The notes below the pieces were generated by a model. It was not told where the DNA came from. It ran no database searches and saw only the letters and a list, made by a program, of their open reading frames with translations. Both the position numbers and the translations under genes were made by a program. Below, in pieces: positions 25,146-33,538 of a stretch of 51,148 bases of DNA. Location of the stretch: contig JAGOQP010000001.1 in the NCBI GenBank assembly GCA_017991375.1, positions 1-51,148 on the forward strand, written 5' to 3'. Positions within the stretch are counted from its first letter, which is position 1, and each line of letters opens with the position of its first letter. Origin of the DNA: Minisyncoccota bacterium (GTDB taxonomy: Bacteria > Patescibacteriota > Minisyncoccia > UBA6257 > JAGOQP01).

Positions 25146-26274
25146 GCATCTTTTGAGTCCTTTGTCTGTGGTATGTGATCGCAAATCGATGTGCTTCATC
25201 GCGGATAGCAAGAAATAGTTGGGCTATTTCTTTGGGAAATGCTGATAGCGCCACACCTCTTTTTGCCCAAGGGGAATATAACATTCCTTTTGTTGCCAAT
25301 CGCTTTGTTTCTATTTTATTAGTAATCGAACGTTTGTGCTGCTTTGCTTTGGCGAGAGCGACTATAGGAAGGGGAATATCTTTGAGCGCGGAGAGCTGCC
25401 CTTTTCCTCCGTCTATTACTATAAGGTCAGGATAGGGCCACTCGGTGTGGGCAAGACGTCTTTGAATAACTTCACGCAGTGATTGTGGATCGTTTGCTCC
25501 AGACACTGTTTTAATTCTAAATTTTCTGTAGGCGCCTTTATTGGATTTTGAGCCATTAAACACCACACATGAACCAACTGAGTGAGATCCTTGGGTGTTT
25601 GATATGTCGTAGCATTCTATGCGAGGAGTAACAGGCGCGGGCGCGTATGGCTGACGAATGCGAATATTTCCGGCGTATAAGTAAAGCAACGTTTTGAGTG
25701 CCGCGATTACCAGGTGATATGTCCGAGCTTTTTCCAAATGAGCATTGCAGAGCCCTAAGTGGTAGTACAAGCATGGTTTGTGAATGGAACTAGTACATGT
25801 TTTATAAGGGAAAAGCGTTCGTGCTGACATGAGTAATTGTTTTGCTTCTTTTGATGATACGAATGGACCTATAATATTTCCAGGAGCGATTTTTGGTTGA
25901 TGTGTTGTAGTAATTCGTGGATAGGACTCGTTGGATATAACAACGAAAAGAAAATTTTTATCGTCTTTGAGTTCTACGTTATATTTTGGCTGATGACGTT
26001 TGATAAGGATTGATTCTAAAATAAGAGCATCATTTTCAGTTTTGGTGGTTATGTAGTCAATATCGGCAATAGCGCCGTAGGGGACTATAGTGCTCGGAAT
26101 TTTATTATTTCTCTTGTTTGATCGATGGGTCACAAAGTGACCGCGTACGCGCGCGCGAATATTTTTGGCCTTTCCAATGTATAAGATTTCTTGGAGACGA
26201 TTTTTAAAAAGATATATTCCCGGGAGGGTTGGTAGTATCTTTATTTTTTCTTTTACGCTTTTTTTCATTATCAC
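25084..26274 (-). CDS. uvrC: excinuclease ABC subunit C, minimal form (396 aa)
   Basis: N-terminal GIY-YIG (PGIYLFKNRLQEILYIGKAKNIRARV). UvrC endonuclease-domain blocks: RIECYDISNTQG, YRKFRIK, PDLIVIDGGKGQLSA, RDEAHRFAITYHR. I see no UVR-domain block and no C-terminal (HhH)2. Confidence 0.85.
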   Translation of the reverse strand: MIMKKSVKEKIKILPTLPGIYLFKNRLQEILYIGKAKNIRARVRGHFVTHRSNKRNNKIPSTIVPYGAIADIDYITTKTENDALILESILIKRHQPKYNVELKDDKNFLFVVISNESYPRITTTHQPKIAPGNIIGPFVSSKEAKQLLMSARTLFPYKTCTSSIHKPCLYYHLGLCNAHLEKARTYHLVIAALKTLLYLYAGNIRIRQPYAPAPVTPRIECYDISNTQGSHSVGSCVVFNGSKSNKGAYRKFRIKTVSGANDPQSLREVIQRRLAHTEWPYPDLIVIDGGKGQLSALKDIPLPIVALAKAKQHKRSITNKIETKRLATKGMLYSPWAKRGVALSAFPKEIAQLFLAIRDEAHRFAITYHRQRTQKMLIVRPHRTSRETSDRISHLQ

Positions 26275-26291
26275 TTAAGTATAACGTGTAC

Positions 26292-26374
26292 GAGCCCCCA
26301 GGAAAGGGGGCTCGGTGTGTGCGGGTGGGGTCAGGAACTATGGTATGTTGCAGGTGCCGCCAAGATCGCGAAGG
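26292..26374 (-). repeat. 83-bp module, copy A (last 12 codons of the small gene plus downstream hairpin)
   Basis: Identical to 26782-26864. It contains the hairpin GAGCCCCC-aggaaa-GGGGGCTC and encodes LRDLGGTCNIP* on the minus strand. Confidence 0.95.
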
Positions 26375-26721
26375 AGCTGTGATCTTTCTTCGTAGAGCTT
26401 CCTTGATTGAGCAAGTAATGCATTCAAAGTACCCCTCCATTTCTCTAACGTTGTCTCGTTTGGTATAGGGTCAATCCGTTTCCCTTGAGCTATATTGTCA
26501 AAGAGATTAGTAAGTGCTTTGGGAAGCATAAAATAGTTTCCGATCAAACGTGCGGTGGTGGCCAGGCGAAACATGTCGTTATGCCACATTCCCTCTTTTA
26601 GCGTTCTAACAACCTGATGCCCTGAAGCCACATACAATACCAAGGCAGATAACTCACTAACACTCAGTCCCTGTTCAGGAAGTGGGAGCATCTTCCCTTT
26701 TGTTTGAGTGCTGTACGACAT
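26338..26721 (-). CDS. hypothetical 127-aa protein, paralogue 1 (C-terminus ...LRDLGGTCNIP)
   Basis: AAGGGAG lies 7 nt before the ATG (MSYSTQTKGKMLPL...). Promoter TTGACA (26772-26767), 17 nt, TTAAAT (26749-26744). Shares N-terminal, central (RIDP, E.W) and C-terminal blocks with 26828..27202. Confidence 0.65.
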   Translation of the reverse strand: MSYSTQTKGKMLPLPEQGLSVSELSALVLYVASGHQVVRTLKEGMWHNDMFRLATTARLIGNYFMLPKALTNLFDNIAQGKRIDPIPNETTLEKWRGTLNALLAQSRKLYEERSQLLRDLGGTCNIP

Positions 26722-26781
26722 TTTTTGTCTCCCTTCACCAGTCATTTAATAAGACTTGTCTTGCGTTGTCAAATAAAATAT

Positions 26782-26864
26782 GAGCCCCCAGGAAAGGGGG
26801 CTCGGTGTGTGCGGGTGGGGTCAGGAACTATGGTATGTTGCAGGTGCCGCCAAGATCGCGAAGG
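26782..26864 (-). repeat. 83-bp module, copy B
   Basis: Identical to 26292-26374, offset 490 bp. A third, diverged copy of the non-coding part lies at 27264-27302. Confidence 0.95.
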
Positions 26865-27202
26865 GATCTCTTTTTTCGTTCAAAGAGCCTCCCGACTCTG
26901 GTGTTTGCTTCGTCTAGAATCCTTGACCACCTTTCTAAGGTTTCTATTGCAACAGGGTCAATCCGTTCTTCTCTGGTGATTTTATCAAAGAGACGAAGAA
27001 GCTCTTGCGGAAGAGCAATATAAAGCTCGACTTTGTCGGTTGTACCAATTTGAAGAGATGGCGGATTCTGGGGGTTCTGAGTTTTTAGCCACTCAATAAC
27101 AAATGATATCGATTGAATCTTCAGTAGCAAACAGTACAAGTCGTTAACACTTAGATTAAAAAGTGGAAGCACTTTCTTTCCCTTTTGTGTACTATGTGAC
27201 AT
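26828..27202 (-). CDS. hypothetical 124-aa protein, paralogue 2 (C-terminus ...LRDLGGTCNIP)
   Basis: GGAAGGAG before the ATG (MSHSTQKGKKVLPL...). Promoter TTGACA (27254-27249), 17 nt, TTAAAT. Own hairpin terminator. Confidence 0.65.
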   Translation of the reverse strand: MSHSTQKGKKVLPLFNLSVNDLYCLLLKIQSISFVIEWLKTQNPQNPPSLQIGTTDKVELYIALPQELLRLFDKITREERIDPVAIETLERWSRILDEANTRVGRLFERKKRSLRDLGGTCNIP

Positions 27203-27303
27203 TTTCAGATCTCCTTCCCGAGTTTATTTAATAGGATTTATATCATGTTGTCAAATAAAATACGAGCCCCCAGGAAAGGGAGCTCGGTGTGTGCAGGTGG
27301 GTT

Positions 27304-28044
27304 CTAGAACGAGTATGAGAGTCCGGCGCCGACGATGAACTCAGTTGTTCGATCGTCGGTTACGTCGATGGGGGTTGAGAACTTGATATCGGTTAGGATC
27401 GCTGTCCTTGCCGATATCTTTGCTTTGGTGGTTACGAAGGCCTGGCCGAGCCAACCCTCGTTTTTCCCAAGCCCTCCGCTGTCGTGGAAGATTCGGGCAT
27501 TGGCCGATAGCTCGATAGCGGGGGTAATGCTCCACCGCCACCTGGCGCCAGCATATCCCCACTGGGTCCATCCGGGTTGAAAATTGGTTTTGCTTCCATC
27601 CACGTTGTGGTATCCCTCCAAACGCAGATAGGGGGCTACCGCGACGGTGCCAAGGGTGAACGAACGACCGATCTCCGCGTATGGAGACCAGACGTCGTTA
27701 AACACTGTCCCCAATGGAACGACGTCGATGTAGAGAATTCCCACATCAACGTTGTACGCGCCCAGGGGTTTGACGATGCCGACGTTATAGTCGATCTCGT
27801 TGGCGAAGGTGGTGTGAAATCCACCTCCATTTGCCGCGCACGACCACCAGATGTCGGCGTACACGCCGTTGCTCCACCCGGCCCATAGGTCGGTTTGGAC
27901 CACGGGGGTGTCGTAGAAGATTCCACCGTTTTGGCCAAGATATCGCGAAAACATCTTGGATGTGAGCGTGAGGTTCTGAGCGTCTGCCGCGTGGGCAAAG
28001 CACAGAGCTAGTGTGATGGCAATAACCACGGCGATCTTTTTCAT
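27304..28044 (-). CDS. outer-membrane beta-barrel-like protein (resembles the TIGR02001/Gcw_chp pattern)
   Basis: Signal peptide MKKIAVVIAITLALCFAHAADA|QN. LTLTSKMFSRYLGQNGG...PVVQTDLWAGWSNGVYADIWWS...NEIDYNVG resembles the proteobacterial Gcw_chp barrel N-terminus. C-terminal GAGLSYSF ends in Phe. G+C is visibly higher than in neighbouring genes. Confidence 0.6.
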   Translation of the reverse strand: MKKIAVVIAITLALCFAHAADAQNLTLTSKMFSRYLGQNGGIFYDTPVVQTDLWAGWSNGVYADIWWSCAANGGGFHTTFANEIDYNVGIVKPLGAYNVDVGILYIDVVPLGTVFNDVWSPYAEIGRSFTLGTVAVAPYLRLEGYHNVDGSKTNFQPGWTQWGYAGARWRWSITPAIELSANARIFHDSGGLGKNEGWLGQAFVTTKAKISARTAILTDIKFSTPIDVTDDRTTEFIVGAGLSYSF

Positions 28045-28204
28045 CTTTCTATCTCCCTTTCTTGTCTTTGTCGGTTGTACTGATTGTCAATCTTATATTA
28101 GCATAATAATTTGATGATGTCAATTTATACAGAGTAAATTCTCGCGCTTGTTGCGTGGAGTTGATGTGGCAATGTCAACCAGAAGTTGTTGATGTTATAG
28201 ATTA

Positions 28205-28233
28205 TTGAAACAAGACGATATTTTTGGTACAAT
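28205..28233 (+). promoter_or_regulatory. sigma70-like promoter of uvrA
   Basis: TTGAAA (28205-28210), 17 nt, TACAAT (28228-28233), 15 nt before the uvrA ATG. Confidence 0.55.
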
Positions 28234-28248
28234 GATCCGATTCGTTTT

Positions 28249-31218
28249 ATGAAATCGAAAAAACAACAAAAATCGGATGTTATTGAAATTATCGGCGCTC
28301 ACGTTCACAACCTAAAAAACGTGACTGTCTCCATACCCAAAAACAAACTCGTGGTGGTCTGTGGTGTTTCTGGATCAGGGAAGTCATCGCTCGCGTTTGA
28401 CACGCTCTATGAAGAGGGGCAGCGCCGCTACCTAGAGAGTTTGTCATCGTACGTGCGGCAGTTTTTGGGTGGGTTTAAAAAGCCCGACGTTCATAAAATC
28501 ATCGGACTTTCACCAACGATTGCCATTAACCAAAAAAGTGTGTCTTCCAATCCACGTTCAACGGTTGGAACTATCACTGAGATATACGATCACCTAAGGT
28601 TACTTTTTGCGCGCGTTGGGACTCCCTACTGTCCCCACGATAATATTCCTATTACTGCCCAAACGCCTCAAGAAATCGCCAGCCACATAATAACGCTCTC
28701 AAAAGATACGCAGATTACTATTTTGGGGCCGGTCGTTTCAGGGAAAAAGGGGACACACCAAGCGATTTTTGACGAAATTGCGCGGAGTGGGTACACACAG
28801 GTGCGTGTCGATGGGTTTGTGTATGCTTTATCCGAGGCACGAGAACTGACGCTTGATAAAAATAAAAAACATACCATTGAGGTGATAGTGGGAACATTTA
28901 TGACCGGCATCAAAGCCGACATTCAAAAAGGGGTCTCCAAAGCGGAAAAACAAGCGCTCAAGAATAAAAATAAAAAATTGGAACGGTTTTTCAAAGAAGA
29001 AAAAGTGGAATTATTAGAAAAAATCAGAAAAGCGCTTTTGATGGGGAATGGATCTCTTAATGTTCTTGTGCGGCCTCTTTCGGGAAGTGTTGAACATAAA
29101 AAACGCGGTGAGAAAGTGTATGCTTTTTCTGAATTATACGCGTGTCCGCGTTGTGGGTTTTCTATTCCAAAAGTTGAGCCACGCTCATTTTCATTTAATA
29201 GTCCTTTTGGCGCGTGCGTTTCATGTCAGGGGTTGGGGACTAAGCTCGAAATGGATATGGAGCTTCTTATCAATCGGGACATTTCTCTTGAGGCGGGGGC
29301 CATTCGGCCGTGGTTTGCTTTGAGTCGCATGGCGCGTCGCGCGTTGGGGTCAAATTGGCAACACTTTGTCGTTGAGACCATCTTAGAGAATCATTCTATT
29401 TCTCCTCGCACGCCGTTTAAAGACATTCCCAAAGAAATCCAAGACGAAATTCTTTTTGGCAAAAAAGATGATTATATATATTTACAAGACGGATCATGGG
29501 AGGGGAAAACAATGTTTGAAGGAATTATTCCTCGTTTGGAACGATTGTATTACGAAACGGATTCAGATTTTATTCGGCAAGAGCTTTCTCGATATATGCG
29601 CGAAGCCACATGTCCAACATGCGGTGGCTCTCGATTAAAACCAGAAGCGCTTGCCGTACGTGTTGGTGGTAAAACTATTTTCGATGTTGCTACTATGCCA
29701 GCGGTTGATATGATTCGATTTTTTTCAGACGGGATTTATCGCGCGATGAGTGTTTCATCTCGAGCGGTTGCGGAACCGATTGTGAAAGAAATTGTTGCCA
29801 AAGCGCACTTTCTCGTTGATGTGGGTCTTGAATACATTACTATCGCACGAAGCGCGACCACTTTGTCTGTTGGAGAAAATCAACGTATTCGTTTGGCAAC
29901 GCAACTGGGGTCTGGACTATCGGGCGTTATTTATGTTTTAGACGAACCAACCATCGGGCTTCACCCGCGTGATACTGATCGACTCATAAAAACGCTCAAA
30001 GGGCTGCGTGATCTTGGAAACACGGTTATAGTAGTGGAACACGACGAGCGTGTAATAGAGGAAGCTGATTGGGTTGTTGAAATTGGGCCACTTGCCGGGA
30101 GCGAAGGAGGCAGATTGGTTTTTGAGGGAACTCCCGCTCAACTTGCTCTCTCATCAACGCTCACCGGACAGTATTTGTCGGGAAAGAAAAAAGCGGCATC
30201 GGGACTTTTAAAGAATCTCGTGCTTCATACTCCCTCGCAAACAGTAACTGTGTCTGGGGCGTCTCAGTTTAATCTTAAAAAGGTCTCCTTGTCTGTTCCG
30301 CTCAGAAAATTTACCGTGGTGGCTGGAGTTTCTGGATCTGGCAAAAGCACGCTTGTGCTTGATGTGTTTGCAACCGCGTTACAAAAAGAGGTAATGGATA
30401 TGAGCGTCGTTCCCGGGATATACGATGGACTTACCGGGCAGAGCAATCTTGATAAAGTCGTACTTATTGATCAAAGCCCCATCGGACGTACGCCACGATC
30501 AAATCCGGCAACTTATACGGGAATTTTTACCTATATCCGGCAGTTTTTTACGCGACTTGAGGAAGCGCAAATTCGAGGATACGGACCATCATATTTTAGT
30601 TTTAATGTAAAACCCGGTCGATGCGAAGCGTGCAAGGGAGAGGGATTTAAAAAAGTGGAAATGTATTTTCTTCCCGATATGTATGTAGAGTGCGAAGTGT
30701 GTCGGGGGACTCGCTTTTCTCCCGAGGTGCTTGATGTAAAGTACAAAGACAAGCACATTGCCGATGTTCTTGCAATGAGTGTGCGCGAAGCGCGGGAGTT
30801 TTTTGCGTCATTTTCATACATTGCGGAAAAACTTACGGTATTAGAGGAAATTGGACTTGGATATATGAAGCTCGGACAGCCAGCGACAACACTTTCTGGA
30901 GGAGAGGCACAACGTATCAAGCTCGCGGACGAGCTTTCAAAACGAGCAACGGGGAAAACGATGTACGTACTAGACGAACCGACGGTAGGGCTTCATTTTG
31001 AAGACACGCGAAAACTACTCTATATTTTGCGATCGTTGGTGCTCAAAGGTAACACCGTAGTAGTTATTGAACACAATCTAGATGTGCTCAAGGAGGCTGA
31101 CTGGATTATTGAGCTTGGTCCTGAGGGAGGAGACAAGGGAGGACAAATTATATTTGAGGGAACCGTTGATGATATAAAGAAAAAGAAAACAACGACGGGG
31201 AAATATCTTGTTAACTAA
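28249..31218 (+). CDS. uvrA: excinuclease ABC subunit A
   Basis: 989 aa. Two ABC modules (GVSGSGKSS and GVSGSGKST; LSGGE... signatures; VLDEPT Walker B) and Zn modules (CPRCG...[14 protein letters not shown]...CEVCRG). Confidence 0.97.
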   Translation: MKSKKQQKSDVIEIIGAHVHNLKNVTVSIPKNKLVVVCGVSGSGKSSLAFDTLYEEGQRRYLESLSSYVRQFLGGFKKPDVHKIIGLSPTIAINQKSVSSNPRSTVGTITEIYDHLRLLFARVGTPYCPHDNIPITAQTPQEIASHIITLSKDTQITILGPVVSGKKGTHQAIFDEIARSGYTQVRVDGFVYALSEARELTLDKNKKHTIEVIVGTFMTGIKADIQKGVSKAEKQALKNKNKKLERFFKEEKVELLEKIRKALLMGNGSLNVLVRPLSGSVEHKKRGEKVYAFSELYACPRCGFSIPKVEPRSFSFNSPFGACVSCQGLGTKLEMDMELLINRDISLEAGAIRPWFALSRMARRALGSNWQHFVVETILENHSISPRTPFKDIPKEIQDEILFGKKDDYIYLQDGSWEGKTMFEGIIPRLERLYYETDSDFIRQELSRYMREATCPTCGGSRLKPEALAVRVGGKTIFDVATMPAVDMIRFFSDGIYRAMSVSSRAVAEPIVKEIVAKAHFLVDVGLEYITIARSATTLSVGENQRIRLATQLGSGLSGVIYVLDEPTIGLHPRDTDRLIKTLKGLRDLGNTVIVVEHDERVIEEADWVVEIGPLAGSEGGRLVFEGTPAQLALSSTLTGQYLSGKKKAASGLLKNLVLHTPSQTVTVSGASQFNLKKVSLSVPLRKFTVVAGVSGSGKSTLVLDVFATALQKEVMDMSVVPGIYDGLTGQSNLDKVVLIDQSPIGRTPRSNPATYTGIFTYIRQFFTRLEEAQIRGYGPSYFSFNVKPGRCEACKGEGFKKVEMYFLPDMYVECEVCRGTRFSPEVLDVKYKDKHIADVLAMSVREAREFFASFSYIAEKLTVLEEIGLGYMKLGQPATTLSGGEAQRIKLADELSKRATGKTMYVLDEPTVGLHFEDTRKLLYILRSLVLKGNTVVVIEHNLDVLKEADWIIELGPEGGDKGGQIIFEGTVDDIKKKKTTTGKYLVN

Positions 31219-31450
31219 CGACCAAAAACAGACAACCTACGACAGAATAGGGGATAAATCATTAATCTTTTATCTCTTACCATTATCCAAGGACGAAGAA
31301 TGGTCTAAGGTGACAGATGCACGTAAACTCGTTTTGGTAAACATGAGCGAATCCGAGATAGTATCGGTAGATAGTGTGGGCAACAAAAATTTTTGGTCTT
31401 AAAATGTTATTATTCTTGTATGTTGTTAGTTGTGTGTCGTTCGTTGTTAT

Positions 31451-31672
31451 ATGAAACTGACTATTATCGCAAAAGCGAATCAGAAGCAAAACAAAATAGA
31501 GAAAACAGGAATCAATTGTTTTACTGTATGGACAACTAAGCCCGCGACGGAAAACAAAGCAAATGAAGATATTGTTAGACAGCTTGCAGAATATATTGGT
31601 ATCGCCCAAACGCGCATCCATTTGGTACTTGGTAAAACAAGCAAGACGAAGGTGATAGAGATTGGTGATTAG
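31451..31672 (+). CDS. DUF167 (YggU-like) family protein
   Basis: MKLTIIAKANQKQNKIEKTG...TKPATENKANEDIVRQLAEYIGIAQTRIHLVLGKTSKTKVIEI matches the UPF0235/DUF167 pattern (..P..G.AN..l...la..l.v....v.i..G..s..K.v.i). Confidence 0.7.
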   Translation: MKLTIIAKANQKQNKIEKTGINCFTVWTTKPATENKANEDIVRQLAEYIGIAQTRIHLVLGKTSKTKVIEIGD

Positions 31673-31815
31673 CTTGCCCTGACTTGTGGTGAGTGTGATC
31701 GAACCAGCGAAGTCGAAGGGTGAAAAGCTTGCCCTGAGCGAAGTCGAAGGGTGAAAAGCTTGCCCTGAGCGAAGTCGAAGGGTGAAAAGCTTGCCCTGAG
31801 CGAAGTCGAAGGGTT
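31672..31815 (-). repeat. tandem repeat, 31-bp unit x about 3.6 (GCTTGCCCTGAGCGAAGTCGAAGGGTGAAAA on +)
   Basis: Full units start at 31727, 31758 and 31789, preceded by one interrupted unit. Same family as 23839-23976 but in inverted orientation. Confidence 0.9.
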
Positions 31816-32053
31816 AATCCGTGTCCTAGTAAAAAAATACGGCTGATAAGGTGTTGTGAGCAAACACTCTTACCAGCCGATGCGGCGTCGGGGCATGTGT
31901 GCCCTCTTGCTTGTAGGCGGGTCAGAAGATCTTCTTCATCGGCGCACCTCCCCATTCTCTATGGCATTGAAGGAAGTGAATAATATGGCTCTCGCTATAA
32001 AACCACCTCCTTTTTTGTATTTGCAAAAGCTCGTTTGGTAGTGCTGACGCGAG

Positions 32054-32287
32054 CTATTTGCAGTACTGTCCGATGAGGAGATATACTCCCCGTGCGATCA
32101 GGAGAGTAGACGCGACGGCGAGCGCTACCTTGATCCATAGCCAACTCGTTGTCGCTACAATCATGATGGCGATTCCAGCCAACGCAATACCGAGCGCTAG
32201 CGGAAAAACTCCAAGGATTGAGTCAGCGTGTTCGTCTCCCATCCACGCCTCTGGTTGTTCTTGATGCCCAGTTATCGTTGTTTCCAC
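32054..32287 (-). CDS. small two-TM membrane protein
   Basis: GTG start 7 nt after AAGGAGGG. Promoter TTGACT, 17 nt, TAAAGT just upstream. Two hydrophobic helices (ILGVFPLALGIALAGIAIMIVA, WIKVALAVASTLLIARGVYLLIG). Confidence 0.55.
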   Translation of the reverse strand: METTITGHQEQPEAWMGDEHADSILGVFPLALGIALAGIAIMIVATTSWLWIKVALAVASTLLIARGVYLLIGQYCK

Positions 32288-32374
32288 TGTCGTCCCTCCT
32301 TTTTAAGTGTGCGTAAAATTGACTTTAGCACAAATATAATTTTCAGTCAACAAATTGTTTTTATTGTTATACAT

Positions 32375-33254
32375 AAAAAAACGAGCCACTACTTCAACGG
32401 GGTTGTTTTCCCGCGAAGTCGTGGCTCTAGCCAGATTGTTTCTTTGGTCTGGCGCCAACGCCTTTTGGCGTTAGTTCCGACAGATGTCGGGGGTGCTGCG
32501 TATCTTTTGGCGTCCGCCTCGACAAACAAGAAGAGTGCAGTTGTTTCGTCCTTCTTCTTGATGGAGGCCGTGCTTGGGGCGGTGCTCTATCTACGGGCTA
32601 CGGGCACCGTTACAACAACGACATGCGCAAGAACTCCCTATCTAACTCGCTCGGGAATTTCTCGCGACTTTTTGCGCCCATACCACGCCTAGGCGCCGGG
32701 CTGCCTGGTCTCTTGGTTGGGCCTACCAGGACTTCTCGCCGTACGCGACGACGTCATGCTTTAGCCGCTCCGCCTCACACGCATGTTTGGGGCCCTCCGT
32801 GAGTGCTTATCCAGCACTCCGCGCTCCGGGTTGTTGTTACTCACCACCCATCTTGATGAGTGGTGAGATGAACTTGAGTCCTCGCTTCGTTTTTAGGCGA
32901 CCATCTTGAGCGGGATCAGCCCACGACGAAGCTCGGACGAAGCTGGCGACGGGTGATGGCCGCAGCCAGAAACGAGCGGACAATCATAGGTATCCTCCTT
33001 CCGCCATTGGCGGATGGTAGGCGCCCTTGTTGGCCTTTCCGGGTTTGTGCCGCGTGTTGCCACGGTATTAAGATCACTATCTTAATACCGTCCCCACTGC
33101 TTGAGATTTGCTAAGGTTGGTTAGGCCATAGCAAAACAAACCTGGGTTACGCGCATGCTTCGTGGAACTTCCCAAGGACTGACTTCTCCTTTTGTGGTTA
33201 TTAAAACCATCCACCCCCTTTCCTTTCGTTGGTTTCAACACAACTCAATGAACT
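32375..33254 (-). ncRNA. about 880-nt GC-rich structured RNA candidate of unknown class
   Basis: Promoter TTGACT (33289-33284), 17 nt, TATCAT (33266-33261). Long terminator hairpin (32383-32427) plus a 7-U tract. There are many perfect local helices and no credible ORF on either strand. Confidence 0.55.
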
Positions 33255-33538
33255 GGTTCTATGATACAGCGCTAAACGAGAAGAGTCAAATAGACGGAGG
33301 ATAATCATTGATCCTTGATCACTAATCCTTAACCGCAGGACATTAATCGCTTGTCTTTAGTCATTTTTCTTTGGCTTGAGATCTCGCATAGTGAATAATC
33401 ATGTCTTCAATCTCAATGCATGATTGACGATTAGTAAACATTCTTTTCCTGTGGTGAGTAGTTAGTTGTTTATCCTGAGCGAGCAGAGCGAGTCGAGTGG
33501 TTTGTTGTTGGTTGTTAGTTGTCGATTATTCTCATTGT

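Noticed and set aside
26287-27305. Integron-type gene cassettes with attC sites for the repeated hairpin modules.
   Set aside because: Each gene carries its own promoter, there is no integrase or attI, and the hairpin is a short GC stem followed by a U-rich tract (terminator-like). It lacks attC R/L box organisation.
31208-31402. ORF 31208..31402 (64 aa).
   Set aside because: It starts inside the uvrA 3' end and translates the low-complexity spacer. There is no SD and no recognisable family.
31575-31955. Minus-strand ORFs 31575..31955 and 31669..31863 (LRSGQAF / FDFAQGK peptides).
   Set aside because: They read through a strong terminator hairpin and the 31-bp tandem array, so they are artefacts of the repeat.
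32383-32427. Group II intron domain V-like hairpin (GAGCCAC...GTGGCTC).
   Set aside because: It is 45 nt rather than about 34, lacks the AGC triad/bulge geometry and a GNRA loop, and is followed by a U-tract. It is a terminator.
32228-32692. ORF 32228..32692 (154 aa), antisense to the giant RNA candidate.
   Set aside because: It starts inside the neighbouring membrane-protein gene on the opposite strand and crosses the terminator hairpin. It has no SD and an odd composition.
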